A stretch of 64,000 nucleotides of DNA, taken from positions 26,242,628-26,306,627 of the forward strand of contig OZ037767.1 in NCBI GenBank assembly GCA_964035545.1, read 5' to 3'. The notes below the pieces were generated by a model. The model searched no databases, was not told where the DNA came from, and worked only from the letters and a program-made list of their open reading frames with translations. This DNA is from Bugula neritina (taxonomy: Eukaryota > Animalia > Bryozoa). Positions 11,338 to 25,300 of this stretch are shown piece after piece. Position 1 is the first letter of the stretch; every line of letters begins with the position of its first letter. A program made the position numbers and the translations under genes.

Positions 11338-14300
11338 ATGGTACTAATCCTAGGAAAACAGAGAGTTGAAAGACACGTGTTTCAACACAAAGGCCACATC
11401 GTCAAACACCCCTCAACACAGAAAAAGTTAGAAGTAAGTTAGCATGTCTTACTTTGGTGTACAATTATATCTTAGCCAAGTTGTAAGCTATAGATTGCAG
11501 GCCATAAGCTACTTTATTAAATTAATAATCATCTATGAACTATTTCAATGTTGAAAAACATAGTTGAGTTGTTTCGCTTAAGGAACACTGACTAATTGCC
11601 CAAACCATGAGCTTAATGAAAAGTAAAGTTTGAAAGCTAGGTGAAGCAAAATAATTTTCTAGTATAATATTCAATGAATTTATCATGTAACTGACATAAA
11701 GACGTTTAACAACTTAAAAGAAAGTACAGCATAACACACTGCAGCAAGCTTTCCTGCTTTACTTTAGTTTCTTAAATGCACTACTAAGTTTCAAAACAAA
11801 AATGACCCGAAACCACAGAATGTGTTTTCTATTTATCGTAAAACTGTATTTAGATATTGAAATCATATAATTTGCTCATGAATTTCATAGAGAGTGAATG
11901 CAGGATACAAAGACTTACCAGAAACTGTAATTGAACATAATGTTCTGTACGCTACTCAAGAGGAGTTTGTAGTGATTGATGAGGCATCTAGAGGTACTAT
12001 AACTTTTAATTTTTATAATATATTAATAGTATCAAAACTGTTACATAGTAAATACTGATGGTAAAATGTCTGTTAGTTGAGTTAAGTGTCAGTAGTCAAC
12101 ACAAGTTTATATTTATTTTGCTTATTCATTATTCTTTTATTCCTTGCAAAAATATTCTGTATGCTATGTGGGTATTTCAGAAAAAAATTAGAGTTTATGT
12201 GTTGCTGTGAACAGTTTGAAACAAATTCAAAGGTAAGCCACGAATAAAAATTATTGCATGGCAAAAACTTTTAGCTTTTAAGCCAGATCAGTGACCAAAC
12301 CTGTGTTGCGGCAGCTAAAAATATAATGTTATGGAAGTCAGCAATAATTAGTATTAGGTAGTGTTCTAATACCATATGAACTTTATAGCTTAATAGAAAA
12401 ATCATCAGCTAGCCTGGGTGCAAAATTTATTACAAACCAATTTTAAGCATGTAACTTTCATACAGTCTGTGGATGATAACTAAGATATATATGAACATTT
12501 TATTACTGAATATAGATGAGATGTGTATATCAGAGACCATTTCAGCTTCTGGGTTTTTTTATTCAATATTTTCTGCCACGGCACTACTTTGTGCAAAGCC
12601 TATTTAAAGCTATTTTCATAGGTATTGCTTCATACTACTTTTATTATTGACAGGGTCTATACAGTACATAGCTACAGATGAGGCCACCACCTGCCATATT
12701 GTTATCTTTGTGCAACCAGGTACAGTGACTATATTCTGCTCAACCTGCATTTGTTATGTCATATAATCATATTTTATGCTACTTTTTAAATTATGTTTAA
12801 AACTGAGACGTATGATTTTTTATCATAAAGTGTATATGCTGGTAAATCAATATGGAGGGCAAATTTGTCTGGCATTGCAGAAGAGAAGATTTACATACAG
12901 ACCAATGAGATGATGTTCACTTGTACTGGCTCTGTTATGTATAAACTATAGACTACATGTATCTAGAGATCAATTAGCATGTTATACTTTACTCCGTTAG
13001 ATCTCAAGGTTTATGGGCTCGGCCATTTTGATGGGAAGAAAAGATCAGATCAGGAAGAGTCTAATACTAACCAAGGAATCACTTCCATGCTGGATGCTAT
13101 GGATGCTCGCTGTGGAACATCTGGCTCTGCCTCAACGCAAGTTTATTCTGTAGTCTGCAACAAATGTATATAATATTATTGTGATCACACCCAATAAAAT
13201 AAATAGACATAGAAATTATAGCATTATAAAGTTTGCATGAAACCATATTTTGCAAAGCGAAATATACATATTGCATTGCATGTAGCTGCTATTTTTAATA
13301 TGTTCTAACAATTGTCAGATTATAATGCATTTTTTATTCATCTTTTGAATAAAGCTGGTTAAATTAAAAAATACTTTTATACAACAGTAACTTCATAATT
13401 ATTAAATTTGCCACTCAGCAGCTAAAGTGTAGCGCAATACACCTCTTAAGCAAATACCACAGCTTAAACACCCACTAAGCATACCTAAGCATCAAGTAAA
13501 CCAGTATGGAATTTAATTTTGACAGTCTTTACTAGACAATTTCAGTCAATAACAGTCTAAAGGTGCATTTATACCTATAGGGTTTATAGTCAAAATTCAA
13601 TTTTAAGTGAAGGTATAAATGCACTTTTAGTTATTAATGTTTCTTGAATTTTAAATTCAGTACTTTGTGAATTGTGTTAAACATGAACTGTTAATTTAGC
13701 ATACGAGATACCTGACTGTATGTAAGTAGGCATAGTTTTTATGTTCTGTAGCTATGATCTTTATATGTTTGGTGGATTTGCTGACCCAATGGGAACATCT
13801 GCCGAAGTGTCTAAAGAGCTTGCAGGTAATTGTATAAATCTATCAAACTTGTATGTGCATTGTACCTGCAGTACATTTTTGAAGAACTATAATAAAGTTT
13901 AGAGGACAGACAACATTCTCTGATCTAAATAATACACACACACACGCACATGCACACACACATGTGTGACGTGTGACGTGTGGCATTTTTCTGTGTGCAT
14001 TTATTTGTATTACAACATTACCTAACCTAAATAATACATATTATATTTTTGGCTACTAATTTGAAGGTATTGAGTGATATTTTATGGTTTATTGGCTAGC
14101 AAGCTTACAGGCAGAGCAGTTGTTTGCCTTGAAATATTGCTAGTCTACAAAAATATTTTCTTTTCAATTCTTATTTGTTATCATTAGCTTTTTTCTATAA
14201 AATAATTTGGATTAATATTATATGGTTTATAATGCATTATATTTACACTTAAATGTGCTGTTTATATTACTATTTTTGAATTATTATTCAATGTAGAAGC

Positions 14301-16615
14301 GATACATAATGCACCTCAGCAAGTCAATATTAAAGTCAAAATGATTGATGATGAGAACACTTATATTGAGTATGGAGTGCCCTACCCACTCTGGCGAGGA
14401 GCAGGTAACTCCTACAGAGCATGTTTACTTGTCAGATTGCATGCAAAGTTGATGTGAGTGTGTGTGTTTATGAGTGTGTGCGTGTGTGTGCATGTGTGTG
14501 TAAACCATATATCATCGCTTCACTTTGTATTGCATTTTTTAAAAAAGTCATGTTGACATGAATAAAAGTATTGCATTAACTACGTTTATAAATATTAGAC
14601 TACTAATGTATACATGCTGTATAAGCTATCACTTCTCATGTATTCATAACATCTACATGTATACTCCAATACTGTAGCTGTCAAGTTTGAGCAAGATGTC
14701 TCCAACTTTTCTATTTTACGAGTCAAAGTTACAGCAACTGGAAAAGGACCAATTCAACCATGTAAGATGGCTCGACTTTTCACTGACGTTGGAACGGTAA
14801 ATGGAAACTTATGTTTCACTAGCTTTCCTTTTATAAGATGTCTTTTTAAATTAAAGTAATTATAAGATGACAGTTAGTTGTATCATCTCTAAAGTTCTGG
14901 TCGTTTGAAGCATATTATAAGCTAAATAATATATTGTCTTCAAATGAGCAAGTTTAACTATGTGAAAGTAACCAGGCAAATTACCTCGTAGAATTCGTTT
15001 GAGCCTTTTATTAAAGAGAATTTATGAACAAAGAAAAAGTTTGTTCAGAGACCTAAAACTATGTCTTGCATTAATGTTGGCTAGTTACACTAAGTGGTAT
15101 GAAACTCATATCCTCAAATTCCAAATCTAAAGTGCGATTTTTTCTTACATTTATGTAGATTCAAAACGGTTATGACAACGATAACAAGCTAATGATAATG
15201 CGTGCCTTTGATGTTAAGTATCCAGTAGATGAGACCAACATAGTGCAATCAGACGAGTGGATACGAAACGTGAGACTTATACTCTTTATAGAATTGCCAA
15301 TTATTGCAACTGGGCATAATTCTTTAAATAAGGTTTTAATAATTTGTGCAATTTTTATTCACTATTACTCATGACTAATGATCTTTTACATGAAATTTGA
15401 GTATAAAAAGCATGCAGTGTTAAAACAGTTAAAGCTAGTAGCCAAATGGCTTAAAACGTATAAAGATTTATTCTTTAAAATAGCAAATGATCAGCTAGAT
15501 GAACTTTAAACAAATATAAAAACATAAGGTATATAATCTGCTTAAAGTTTATTTAAATGAACAGAAATTAATATTTTATACTTGATAAACATGACTATAC
15601 CTAAGATTTTCTCCTAGTTAAAAACTTAAAATAGTACTTGTTATTGCATTGTAGAAATTACTCGTGGTTGCAGTTTGTAAGTTACCAAAAACAATAAGCA
15701 ATTTTGTAGAACATGTCTTCAAGCCCTCCTCAGGAACGAGCTGACTTTGAGAAAACTACCCGAGAAGGCCTTGCCTTTCTTTTAAAGTATGAGGACCCTT
15801 CAGCTGAATTCTTCAACAACCAATCAATGTACTTCATGCTGAAGGCTGATGGCACATGGGAGGAGACAACTGCCCCTTCAACTGCTTCCAGGTATGTAAG
15901 ATGTCAGAAGAGTTGTGACTTTGTATACGTGTTGCCATGGATACTCAACCTAGTAGATAATACTGTACTAGCATATATATTCAGTATTTGTTTCAGCTCT
16001 CAGTGGAACAATAAAAACATTCAGCAGTGATCTGAACCATTTTATTGTGTATTCAGCATTATTTAAAATTATTTCATAACTCACCAGGGGTTTTCTCTTT
16101 TTTCTACCTTAGGACCCCCTCAGCATGATGGTTGATGTTTGTAAATTGAAATTACAATGCACTACAAAGTAGAACATTGCTTTGTTTATTAATGAATTTA
16201 CGTAGTAAGTGTATAATACTGATTAGAACACAGTAATGAGCCAATACTTGAAGAGAATAAAATGTTGTCTTTCAATTACTTGAGCCACACGCTTTGATTG
16301 CATAGTAGCAAAGCCTATATCAGATCTTAGCATTTCAGATTATATTGCATATGTATTTTAATGTGAAATATAATATAGTATGATGTCAACATAAAAAACT
16401 CTTGTTGATTGTTAAAGTCTCGATTCCTGTTGGAAAAAAAGTATTTAAGCTCTCTAAAGACTTGTTTCCATTGTGACACAGAAGTAACTATGACTAAATG
16501 CTGTTGCTTACATTACCAATGGCCTTTACTAACATTTAAACCACTAACTAGTATTAAATTTTGATTGATGTTTATAGCGTTTTTCTACAGAAAAAGAAAG
16601 ATGGGAAGAGACTAA
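11338..16615 (+). CDS. NTAN1: Protein N-terminal asparagine amidohydrolase homolog, copy A; 10 coding exons, about 339 aa
   Basis: Exons 11338-11433, 11891-11993, 12654-12719, 13001-13136 (GC donor), 13752-13825, 14297-14404, 14678-14796, 15159-15269, 15710-15891, 16591-16615 (last exon less certain); total 1020 nt, open. NTAN1 motifs [18 protein letters not shown] (catalytic Cys), GHFDG (catalytic His), [21 protein letters not shown]. Confidence 0.9.
13561..13627. mobile_element. Tiny Harbinger/Tourist-like TIR remnant in NTAN1 intron 4
   Basis: Inverted arms aggtgcatttatacct ... aggtataaatgcactt flanked by TAA/TTA; the TIR resembles that of the 48189-48656 MITE; homolog at about 39001-39077. 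Confidence 0.45.
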
Positions 16616-17466
16616 AATTTAGAAGGTAAACTCTGGAGCACTTCTTTGACCTTTATTTGAACTTATAAAATTATTTTGTGTGTTTTTGAAATTTAGTTGT
16701 GACTTATGAATTTTGTATGCGTACAAAATTGGATCACTTACTATTATACTTTTGTTATAAATTTTTTGCTATTCACCAAATATAATTTGATATGTTACAT
16801 CAATTTTTATAATATCAATGTGAAAATTATTGGTTTTGCAATCTTTAATACCACTAAAAATAATTTCTTTTGAATATGTGGGTTCAATCCACTTGGATAG
16901 TTTGTTGTTAAAAGACTTATTGCAAATTACTTTCCTTGTGTAATAAGACGACTCCTATGTCATCAAATTTCACATAATATATAAAAATATGTTTGGGTAC
17001 ATTTCACTGTTATATTAAATTAGAAATTGCATGGAACAATATTGTTATTTCAAATTAACTATAGTAATTGCAATATCGACCCTGCAGTAATTGTATAAGT
17101 AACATCAATAAAGTGACCCCTCATGACCTTGTGAGTGTACATGGCACTTTAAGCCAATAAGCAAAATATAGTTGCATTTGATAGGTAAAAGTTTAGTCAT
17201 ATTCAACTTATAGCTGAGTCATTTAAGTTCAAAGTTTAAACTTTAAAGCCATATCAGTGATTAGACTGTGCAGTGTATCAGCTATAAATAGCATGCAATG
17301 AAGGATAGCTATAAGTTTTATAGTAGCAGTAAAGTCAAAGCCAACCCGGAAACGTCATTTCCAAGCGATCAGAAATCCTAAATCATTTCAGCACATATTC
17401 GCACAAAATTCATTATACAACAAAATTGTTTAGGCATCCAGCCTTAAAACAGCATGTAGAGGAAAA

Positions 17467-17468
<2 letters not shown>

Positions 17469-17520
<52 letters not shown>

Positions 17521-17627
17521 GTATGCTGATTGTCAATCTAGTTGGAGTTCCAGCACGAAACTATATAGTCGTGTAAGATTTTTTTAAATAAAATATATAT
17601 GTATCATTAACAATCTGAACACACTAC

Positions 17628-17681
<54 letters not shown>
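17469..17681. repeat. Two (TA)n microsatellites (17469-17517, 17631-17681)
   Basis: Directly visible. Confidence 0.9.
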
Positions 17682-17684
<3 letters not shown>

Positions 17685-18420
17685 GAAACCTGGGTGATAT
17701 GGACCATATGCATGCTTTGCAGTATCCAAGGTTACCAGAAAGTTGAAAAGTGTCTTATTGTTTGGAGATAGGAATGTCTAACTTCTTGTCTACATGTTTT
17801 AAACTTGTCTCTTTGTCTTAGAAAATAAACACACATTTTCTCTTTTTGCTCATTTTCTTATAATTTTTCGCAACTTTTGTGGATCGATTTTCATTGAAAA
17901 AAATTACCTGAAGTAAGGAGCCTGTATCTGCAGATATCGTGTGGAAGGTATGTATAAATACCCAAATAGTATATACAATACTTGTCCACTCTCTGTTTGT
18001 AGGAATTCAAAATTTTTGGTGCCATGATTTTTGGGTGATATAGACCGCCACATGGGGGGGGGGTGATATGGACCGCCACATGGGGGGAGGGTGATATGGG
18101 CCATATCACTCAGCCAATTGAATTTTTCTTTTCATTTACTTGTTTGGGGAAAAATAATACTATTTCTCAAGTATTTCAAACAATGCTGAGGCATTAAACC
18201 CCTAAACAATGACTAGACAACATTATAACCAGTTGCTGTAGAATGTGTACTTGAAATATTCATGTTCATGCAATGTATTTTAGATGCCAAGATATTGTTC
18301 CAACAATATTTGAAATGCTTAGAGTGAGGAGGCACTAACAGAAGCTGTTACTCACTTATTCTAGATCTTTTGTTTTATATTACTTTTTTTATTATAGCTG
18401 TGGTGGCCCATATCACTCAG
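17680..18420. mobile_element. Non-autonomous DNA-transposon-like fragment with repeated GGGTGATATGG motifs
   Basis: Starts taggggaaacctgggtgatatgg at the end of a (TA)n tract; motif repeated three times at 18033-18100 and inverted (ccatatcac) at about 18101 and 18408; no counterpart downstream of NTAN1-B. Confidence 0.45.
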
Positions 18421-18825
18421 CTAGTGTTAGAAGTCAAGTTTGCAAACTGGGAAGATTGCGTTATTATATTTTAAAAACTTGTCTTTATACTTTTATATGA
18501 AAACTTGTGAATCGTGTTGTACAAATATTTTAAGTCTTTCAAATAGTTCTTTACCACTTGTTATTATGTATATGCTAATGGCAATAATTAAAATTTTGTC
18601 TTTGATGTAAGTTTATTCAACATGAATTACCTCATAAACAGTGAGAGTTTGACATGCAAGATAAAACTCTCTGACACCAGCTCCCATTGTCAGCTCACTC
18701 AGTTTTGTCATCTCACATCTTAGTTTTTAAGTGGAGATATAAACGAAGTTGTAGTTAATTATTATTTTTGAATTTTAAATTTGGTAGCCATATAAATTCT
18801 GTCAAACATAAACCGTATTTGTTAT

Positions 18826-19188
<363 letters not shown>

Positions 19189-19856
19189 CAGATCACATCT
19201 TTTCACTTTATATTGCACTACATTCTGTATAAATAACAATATTTGCAAGAGCAAAAATATTGCTTAACTAATCTATAATATTGATGTTGTATAACTACCC
19301 ACTGAATTGAACATAATTTAAAAGCCACTATATCAGTGCATGCACAAACAACATGCGTTTACTGTATTTGTTATAGCATTTACATAAATGTAGGATTTGA
19401 AAGTGCAGTGGGCGTATTCTTGTGCAGCACTTTGCTGTATGGAAAAACTATCTGTAGGCCATTTAACATGCTATTGTGTCTGTAAAATAGTGGTTTTATC
19501 TGGTTGAACAACAGGTCAGCAGTGTCAGCTATGTTATAAGTAACCTAAATGCAATCTCACTGTTTCTGTAAGAAAATTAAATATTCTCATCTGAAATGAA
19601 TTTCAAGAAAATTGTCAAACCATAAATTAGCCTTGTTATTGTTAGAATTTTGGTTTATCAGCTCACTGTTATATGAGTTTTTTAAATTATGTGGTCTGTG
19701 AAATAGACACATGCCAGTAACATCTGCTAGTGCAAGCTCATAATTTCCCTTATAAAATTATATGTTATCCTTTCACATGCAATATATATGAGTATATTAT
19801 TGCAACCAAATTTAAGCCGAATCTATAAAACAGTCATAGTCGTATCGACTGACTGT

Positions 19857-20030
<174 letters not shown>

Positions 20031-20322
20031 TTATTGCATTCACCCTTAGAAAGGAAGAGCAAGGTCTACTCTTACTAATTATACATATCCACCAATCTTT
20101 ATGTGGCAATTATTTTTCTAATAATGTTCTTCATTTACAATGTCATTTCTATAGCTAATTTAAAATATGTCACCAGATACTATATTTTACTTACAAGATA
20201 CATGGTATATAAGGTTTATACAGAGTTTTAGAACAATCAGCATATGGTCACATCAAAAAGCAATATCCATTTCATTATCTTAGCTGACTTGGGTGAATGC
20301 AAGATCATAAGCAATCTTGTAG

Positions 20323-20504
20323 AACATGTCTTCAAGCCCTCCTCAAGAACGAGCAGATTTTGAGAAAACTACCCGAGAAGGCCTCGCTTTTCTTCTGAAG
20401 TATGAAGACCCCTTAACTGAGTTCTTCAACAACCAATCAATGTACTTCATGCTGAAAGCTGATGGCACATGGGAGCAAACTACTGCTCCTTAATCTGCTT
20501 CCAG
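20323..20504 (+). pseudogene. Orphan NTAN1 exon 9 (relic of a ghost copy, or alternative terminal exon of NTAN1-A)
   Basis: Intact acceptor TTGTAG, open frame NMSSSPPQE...WEQTTAP*, stop at 20491-20493, donor AG|GTATGT; 4 nt differences from NTAN1-B exon 9; exon-10 homolog at about 21055. Confidence 0.85.
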
Positions 20505-21788
20505 GTATGTAAGAGGTCAGAAGAGTTGTGACTTTGTATACGTGTTGCCATGGATACGAAGTCTAGTAGATAATGCTTTATTAGAGCTTTTGTTTGTTCT
20601 ATTTTACAAAAATTGTAATTTTTAGAAAACATTACAAATGCAAAGAAAGTGGTGATGAAGTGTAATGCCCAATTATGTAGTTTAAGTGTATGACAATGAT
20701 TAGAAAACCTAAAGATCTAAATTCTAGAGTATAAAACATGTTGTTATTTAATTACTTTATATACATAACAACATTTTAGAATACATTGTGGTATCTTAAT
20801 GTGAAATATAAAATAGTGCATGTGTGTGATATCAAAATATAAAACTCTTGTTGGTTTTCAAACTCTCCATGCCTATGAGAACTTTTGAGGATAGGGTATT
20901 TAAGCAGACTAAGAACTTCTTTCTATAATGATGGAATGGTTTTTCTAACATCTTACCAATGGCCTTTTCTGAGACTCAAGCCGCTATAGTTAGTATAATA
21001 TATTACAATATGGTACCTAATTTTGAATTATATTTATAGCGTTATTTTCTGCAGAAAAAACTAGATGGGAAAAGACTAAACTTTAGAAAGTAGACACTGG
21101 AGCACTTCTTTAAGCATTTCATCAACTTATGAAATTATGTTGAATGTATGGGTTGCATCTGATCACGTTTTACTCAGTAAACTGTTTTTTCATGTATGTT
21201 GTAAGCATAGTATAACATTGTATTTTATTTTTACTTTCTGGTGGGTTTGAATGTAAAACTATTATACTTTTGCCATAAATTGTTTACTATGTACCAAATA
21301 TAATTTGACTTTGCAACATTTTATACAGTATAAAGGTGAAAATGTATGTTCATCAATTTCATAATATAAATAAAAAAATATAGTCATTTTATTAATATGG
21401 GAATTCAATATTAAGGAAAAGATTTCCATCTACCTAGCTTGTTGGTGAACATGAAAGACTTATTGCAAATTATTTTTCTTGAATAGACTTTCATATATAA
21501 AAACGATTTCGTAGATGCATTTAACTTGCCAATCTATTTCATTATTACCTTTACGGCCATTGTAAAGTTTTTATTTAATTTTTAATTGTAAAAGAGCTAA
21601 CTCTGTAGCATTATACATAGTATCCCTCATGAGTCTGTAAGTGTGACACCTTCAAGTCAATAAGCAAAATAGTAGCTATAAGTTTAAAATGGGTCAGCGT
21701 TTAATCATAACTAAATTATAACAGGCAAACTAAGAGAAAAATAAATCCTAAATCTATGATTAAACCAGAACAAAAAGTCAATATTGTC

Positions 21789-22200
21789 AACCCTCATTCT
21801 ACCAACAGAAGGGGGTGGGGTCCAATTAAACCCCAGAGGGAACGTTTCATATGCCACACAATTATTATGGTTTTGTGACAATAAAAAATAATATAAACCT
21901 TTGGGGTTCAATCGGACCCCAGTCTAAAATGTAAATTTATCATCACTTTTAATGCATCTGTCACACGGAATTTGTTATTTTCATTGTGAACTATCGCAAA
22001 TAATAGAAGATTGGCAAGATGGCACTGCTGCTCAAGTCCTGTGAGCTTTGAATGAAACGAAGTGCTAGCAGAAAGATGTAGTACAAATACTGAAACATGT
22101 AGAAACTAAACAGCTGTCACGTACATGACAAAGTGTCGAGTATAATAATGTAGCAGTTTTTTGTAAAATGGAGTTGAGATTTCAAATGTCAAGTCGATAT
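21789..22200 (+). mobile_element. Possible internally deleted piggyBac-like remnant
   Basis: Begins tcaa-CCCT (degenerate TTAA-CCC), has GGGGTC..GACCCC subterminal motifs, a decayed TAAQVL segment and Cys-rich codons; homolog at 63510-64000 continues into a longer open frame. Confidence 0.3.
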
Positions 22201-22370
22201 ATGATTTGTCACACTACAAGCCAACACTTAAAAATTGTATGTCAGCCTTACATTAAATAAAAATACTTCACTCAAAGAAAAACCAGCAGTAGAAACTCTA
22301 ATGTTTGGTATTATTGAAACAAATTAAAGTATCAGAATGGAGCCGGTAGTAAGAGTTGGAGTTGGCAAAA

Positions 22371-25300
22371 TTATTTTCTGAATTTCCCCACTTTCTTAGC
22401 ACTTGGTTCACCACTGTGGGAGTGCAAGTACTCTATGCACTTAGTTGATTTGCATTGCTGTGCCTGTAATTGTCAAGCTAGATATACTACAGCATGAACC
22501 CTACTCTGTAAAACCAAATTATCAAAAGTCTTTTATAAAAATTACAAAATAATAGAAAAGGTCAAATAAAGTTTAAAAATTAAAAATTAAATTAAATAAA
22601 TCAATATCATTTATTTATATATAGACATTGTTATTCTTTTGATGTGTTCATATATTATTTGCAAATGCTGTAGTTTATATCTTATATACTACACAACAGT
22701 ATACATTAATATTTGCATATTGTTTTATAAACATTTTATCAAATTTTACATTTTTTAGCCAAATAATGCAGTACTTGTGTAGGAAAATTTGCAACAATTT
22801 TGCTTTACCATTTCTAAAGGCGTCTTGGAGCTGTAGTCAGCAGCTGCCATGGAGGCACCAGCAGCAGCAAATGCTTTCAACAGATCCACATCGTTACGGG
22901 CAGCAGCTCTAGAATGAAAATAGCTTTCACTGAACAAGAACAGAGTTCTGTTATCTGAAAACATCAGAGCAGCAAAGGCTGGGAAATAGATAAAATTTTC
23001 AAATATTCAAAGCGGAGAATAAAACATAATTTTAGAGTATCTGGACTGTTGAATCAATCTGTAGCTGAGATTTACTAGTTTAATAACACTGACTTGTTGA
23101 GCTCAACTCCGAGTTCCGTTGAATCCATAGTCAGGTGAGCTCCATGTCTGGACAACAACAGAACATTCTCCATCTTTTTGGATTGTACAGCTTCAAAAAG
23201 TGCAGATCTTCCCAATCTACCAGACAAGAACATGCAGTTGTATATTATCAACATGAATTTTTTCTAACTTCTTTAACTTCTTCAGGAATAGATATTGCAA
23301 GGGTTCTAAAGATTTGTATATGGGCAATAAGCAGGAGCTGCATAAAGTGTTCAAGTAGTAAAACAAAATAGTTCAATGCCTATTGCATAATTATTTTTAA
23401 ATTCTACATTTCTTATTAGGTAGTTGAGAGAGGATTCCCAACTGTGGTTCCTATAGGCCAATAGAGATAATTTTAGTGTACAAAGAGGCAAGAAAGAGGA
23501 AATACCTGATTAACAGACAATGGATAAGGAAAAGAGCAAGATAGTAATTAGGATAGAAGAGAGAGCAAGAGTAAGGTAATGGTCAGAACAATAATTAAAT
23601 TATAATATTATATGTGAAATTAAAATTGTGAAAGGTTGTAGGTAAGGTAAGAATTGGGGCAAGAGTAGAGTGTAAAGATAAAAGCAACAGCACGGAATTC
23701 GATAAATATGAATTCAGGAATGGAGTATTGGAAAATGAAAAAGCATAAAATTAAAAAAACAAGTGGAGAGAGAGTAGGGGAGAGAGAGGGACGAAGGAAA
23801 GAGAGAGAGAGAGAGAGGGGGGGAGAGAGAAAGAGAGAGAGAGAGGGAGGGAGGGGGAAGGTAGAATCATGAGGTTATATTTAGCTTACCGATCTCTTGT
23901 CTGAACTGAGGCCCCTTTCTTTATGAGATCTTGAATTATGTCCGTTTTACCTTCTATTACAGCAAAATGCAAAGCTGTTTTTCCCTCGCTGTCTTTGAGT
24001 TTCAAGACTCCAGGCTAAAATACAGTATTGTGTGCTATGAAAATATTATAGTGTTACTGAGTCAACAAGAGAAATTATTAATGACGCAAGTCAAGAGAGG
24101 AAAATGCTGAGGCAACACTTCTTTATAGACTTTAAATGTTACTGTATATCAAACCAGTGTCTTATGGTATTGTACCTCTTTTTTGCATATGTCTTCAATT
24201 GCACTCTTGTCTCTCTTCTTGATAGCCAGTTGCATTATGGGAAGGTAGACAGCCTTTTTCAAGTCAGCAGTGCTCTAAATTAAATGTCACTCATTTCACT
24301 CAATGAAATTTCAAACATTGATTCAAATAAATTATGACTCCCTTATAAATTGTTTCTCTCTAAAGCTTGTTATCTTACAGGCACATGAACACAGTTTTTC
24401 TATAATCAAATAGAATTTGTTTTGCACTTATGTTGCGTAAATTTACATATGCTATAAGTGACTTCTTACCTGCGCTGTTCTAGCGAGAGAAGATTCAATA
24501 CCAACAGCTGACAATGTTTTAGCTACAGCTTTACTACCAGTTGGTGCTACAGTCAGCTCTCCTCTTAGATCTACTGCCATTTGCTGGGAAAAAACATAGT
24601 ATGAAGTTATTATTCTTGGGAGGCAATAATATGTATACATGTACACACGCGCACACTAACACATCATACACATTGTACACACCATACATGTCATACACAC
24701 CATATACATAATACACATCATACACATCATATACATAATACACATCATACACATCATGCATATCATAATATACCTCTTTAATATCATCTGGAGAACCTGG
24801 ATATTTAGTAATGAGGTAAGAAAGCTTCATAAGAGATGCCTCTGTAGTCATATCTCCACCAGCAATGACCCCAATGCCCTCCAACACCTGTAACATAGCG
24901 TAATATTTTATTATACATTGTACATTTCTACAATGAAGCAATAAAATGCAATGCAAAACTAAATCTGATAATATTGTGTTTTCGAATATCACATTGCTAG
25001 CATCTTTAATTTAACTAACCATGCACCCAAGCACACAAGTTTTATATTTCAATAAATCATATGTTTCAAACATTTCAAAAAAAAAATATGTTCAGATTAT
25101 ATTGCTTATTTCAACTAATGCCCACCCCTTATGACTTCTACCTACCGCTCCAGCTGCATAGCTAAAGACCACTCCTCCTTTCAAGCACTGAGTGTTGTCC
25201 ACCACAACAACGCCATTAGTCACTGCATCCTCAATTGCGTCCAACAAGCCTTGATTGTTGCTTGGAAAGTTGCCTGCTCCATAGCACTGTAGGACAACTC

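Noticed and set aside
16113-16128. Alternative NTAN1-A last exon after a strong polypyrimidine tract (RTPSA*)
   Set aside because: The acceptor AG is not conserved in copy B, whereas the 16591 exon has homologs in all units; not excluded without RNA data.
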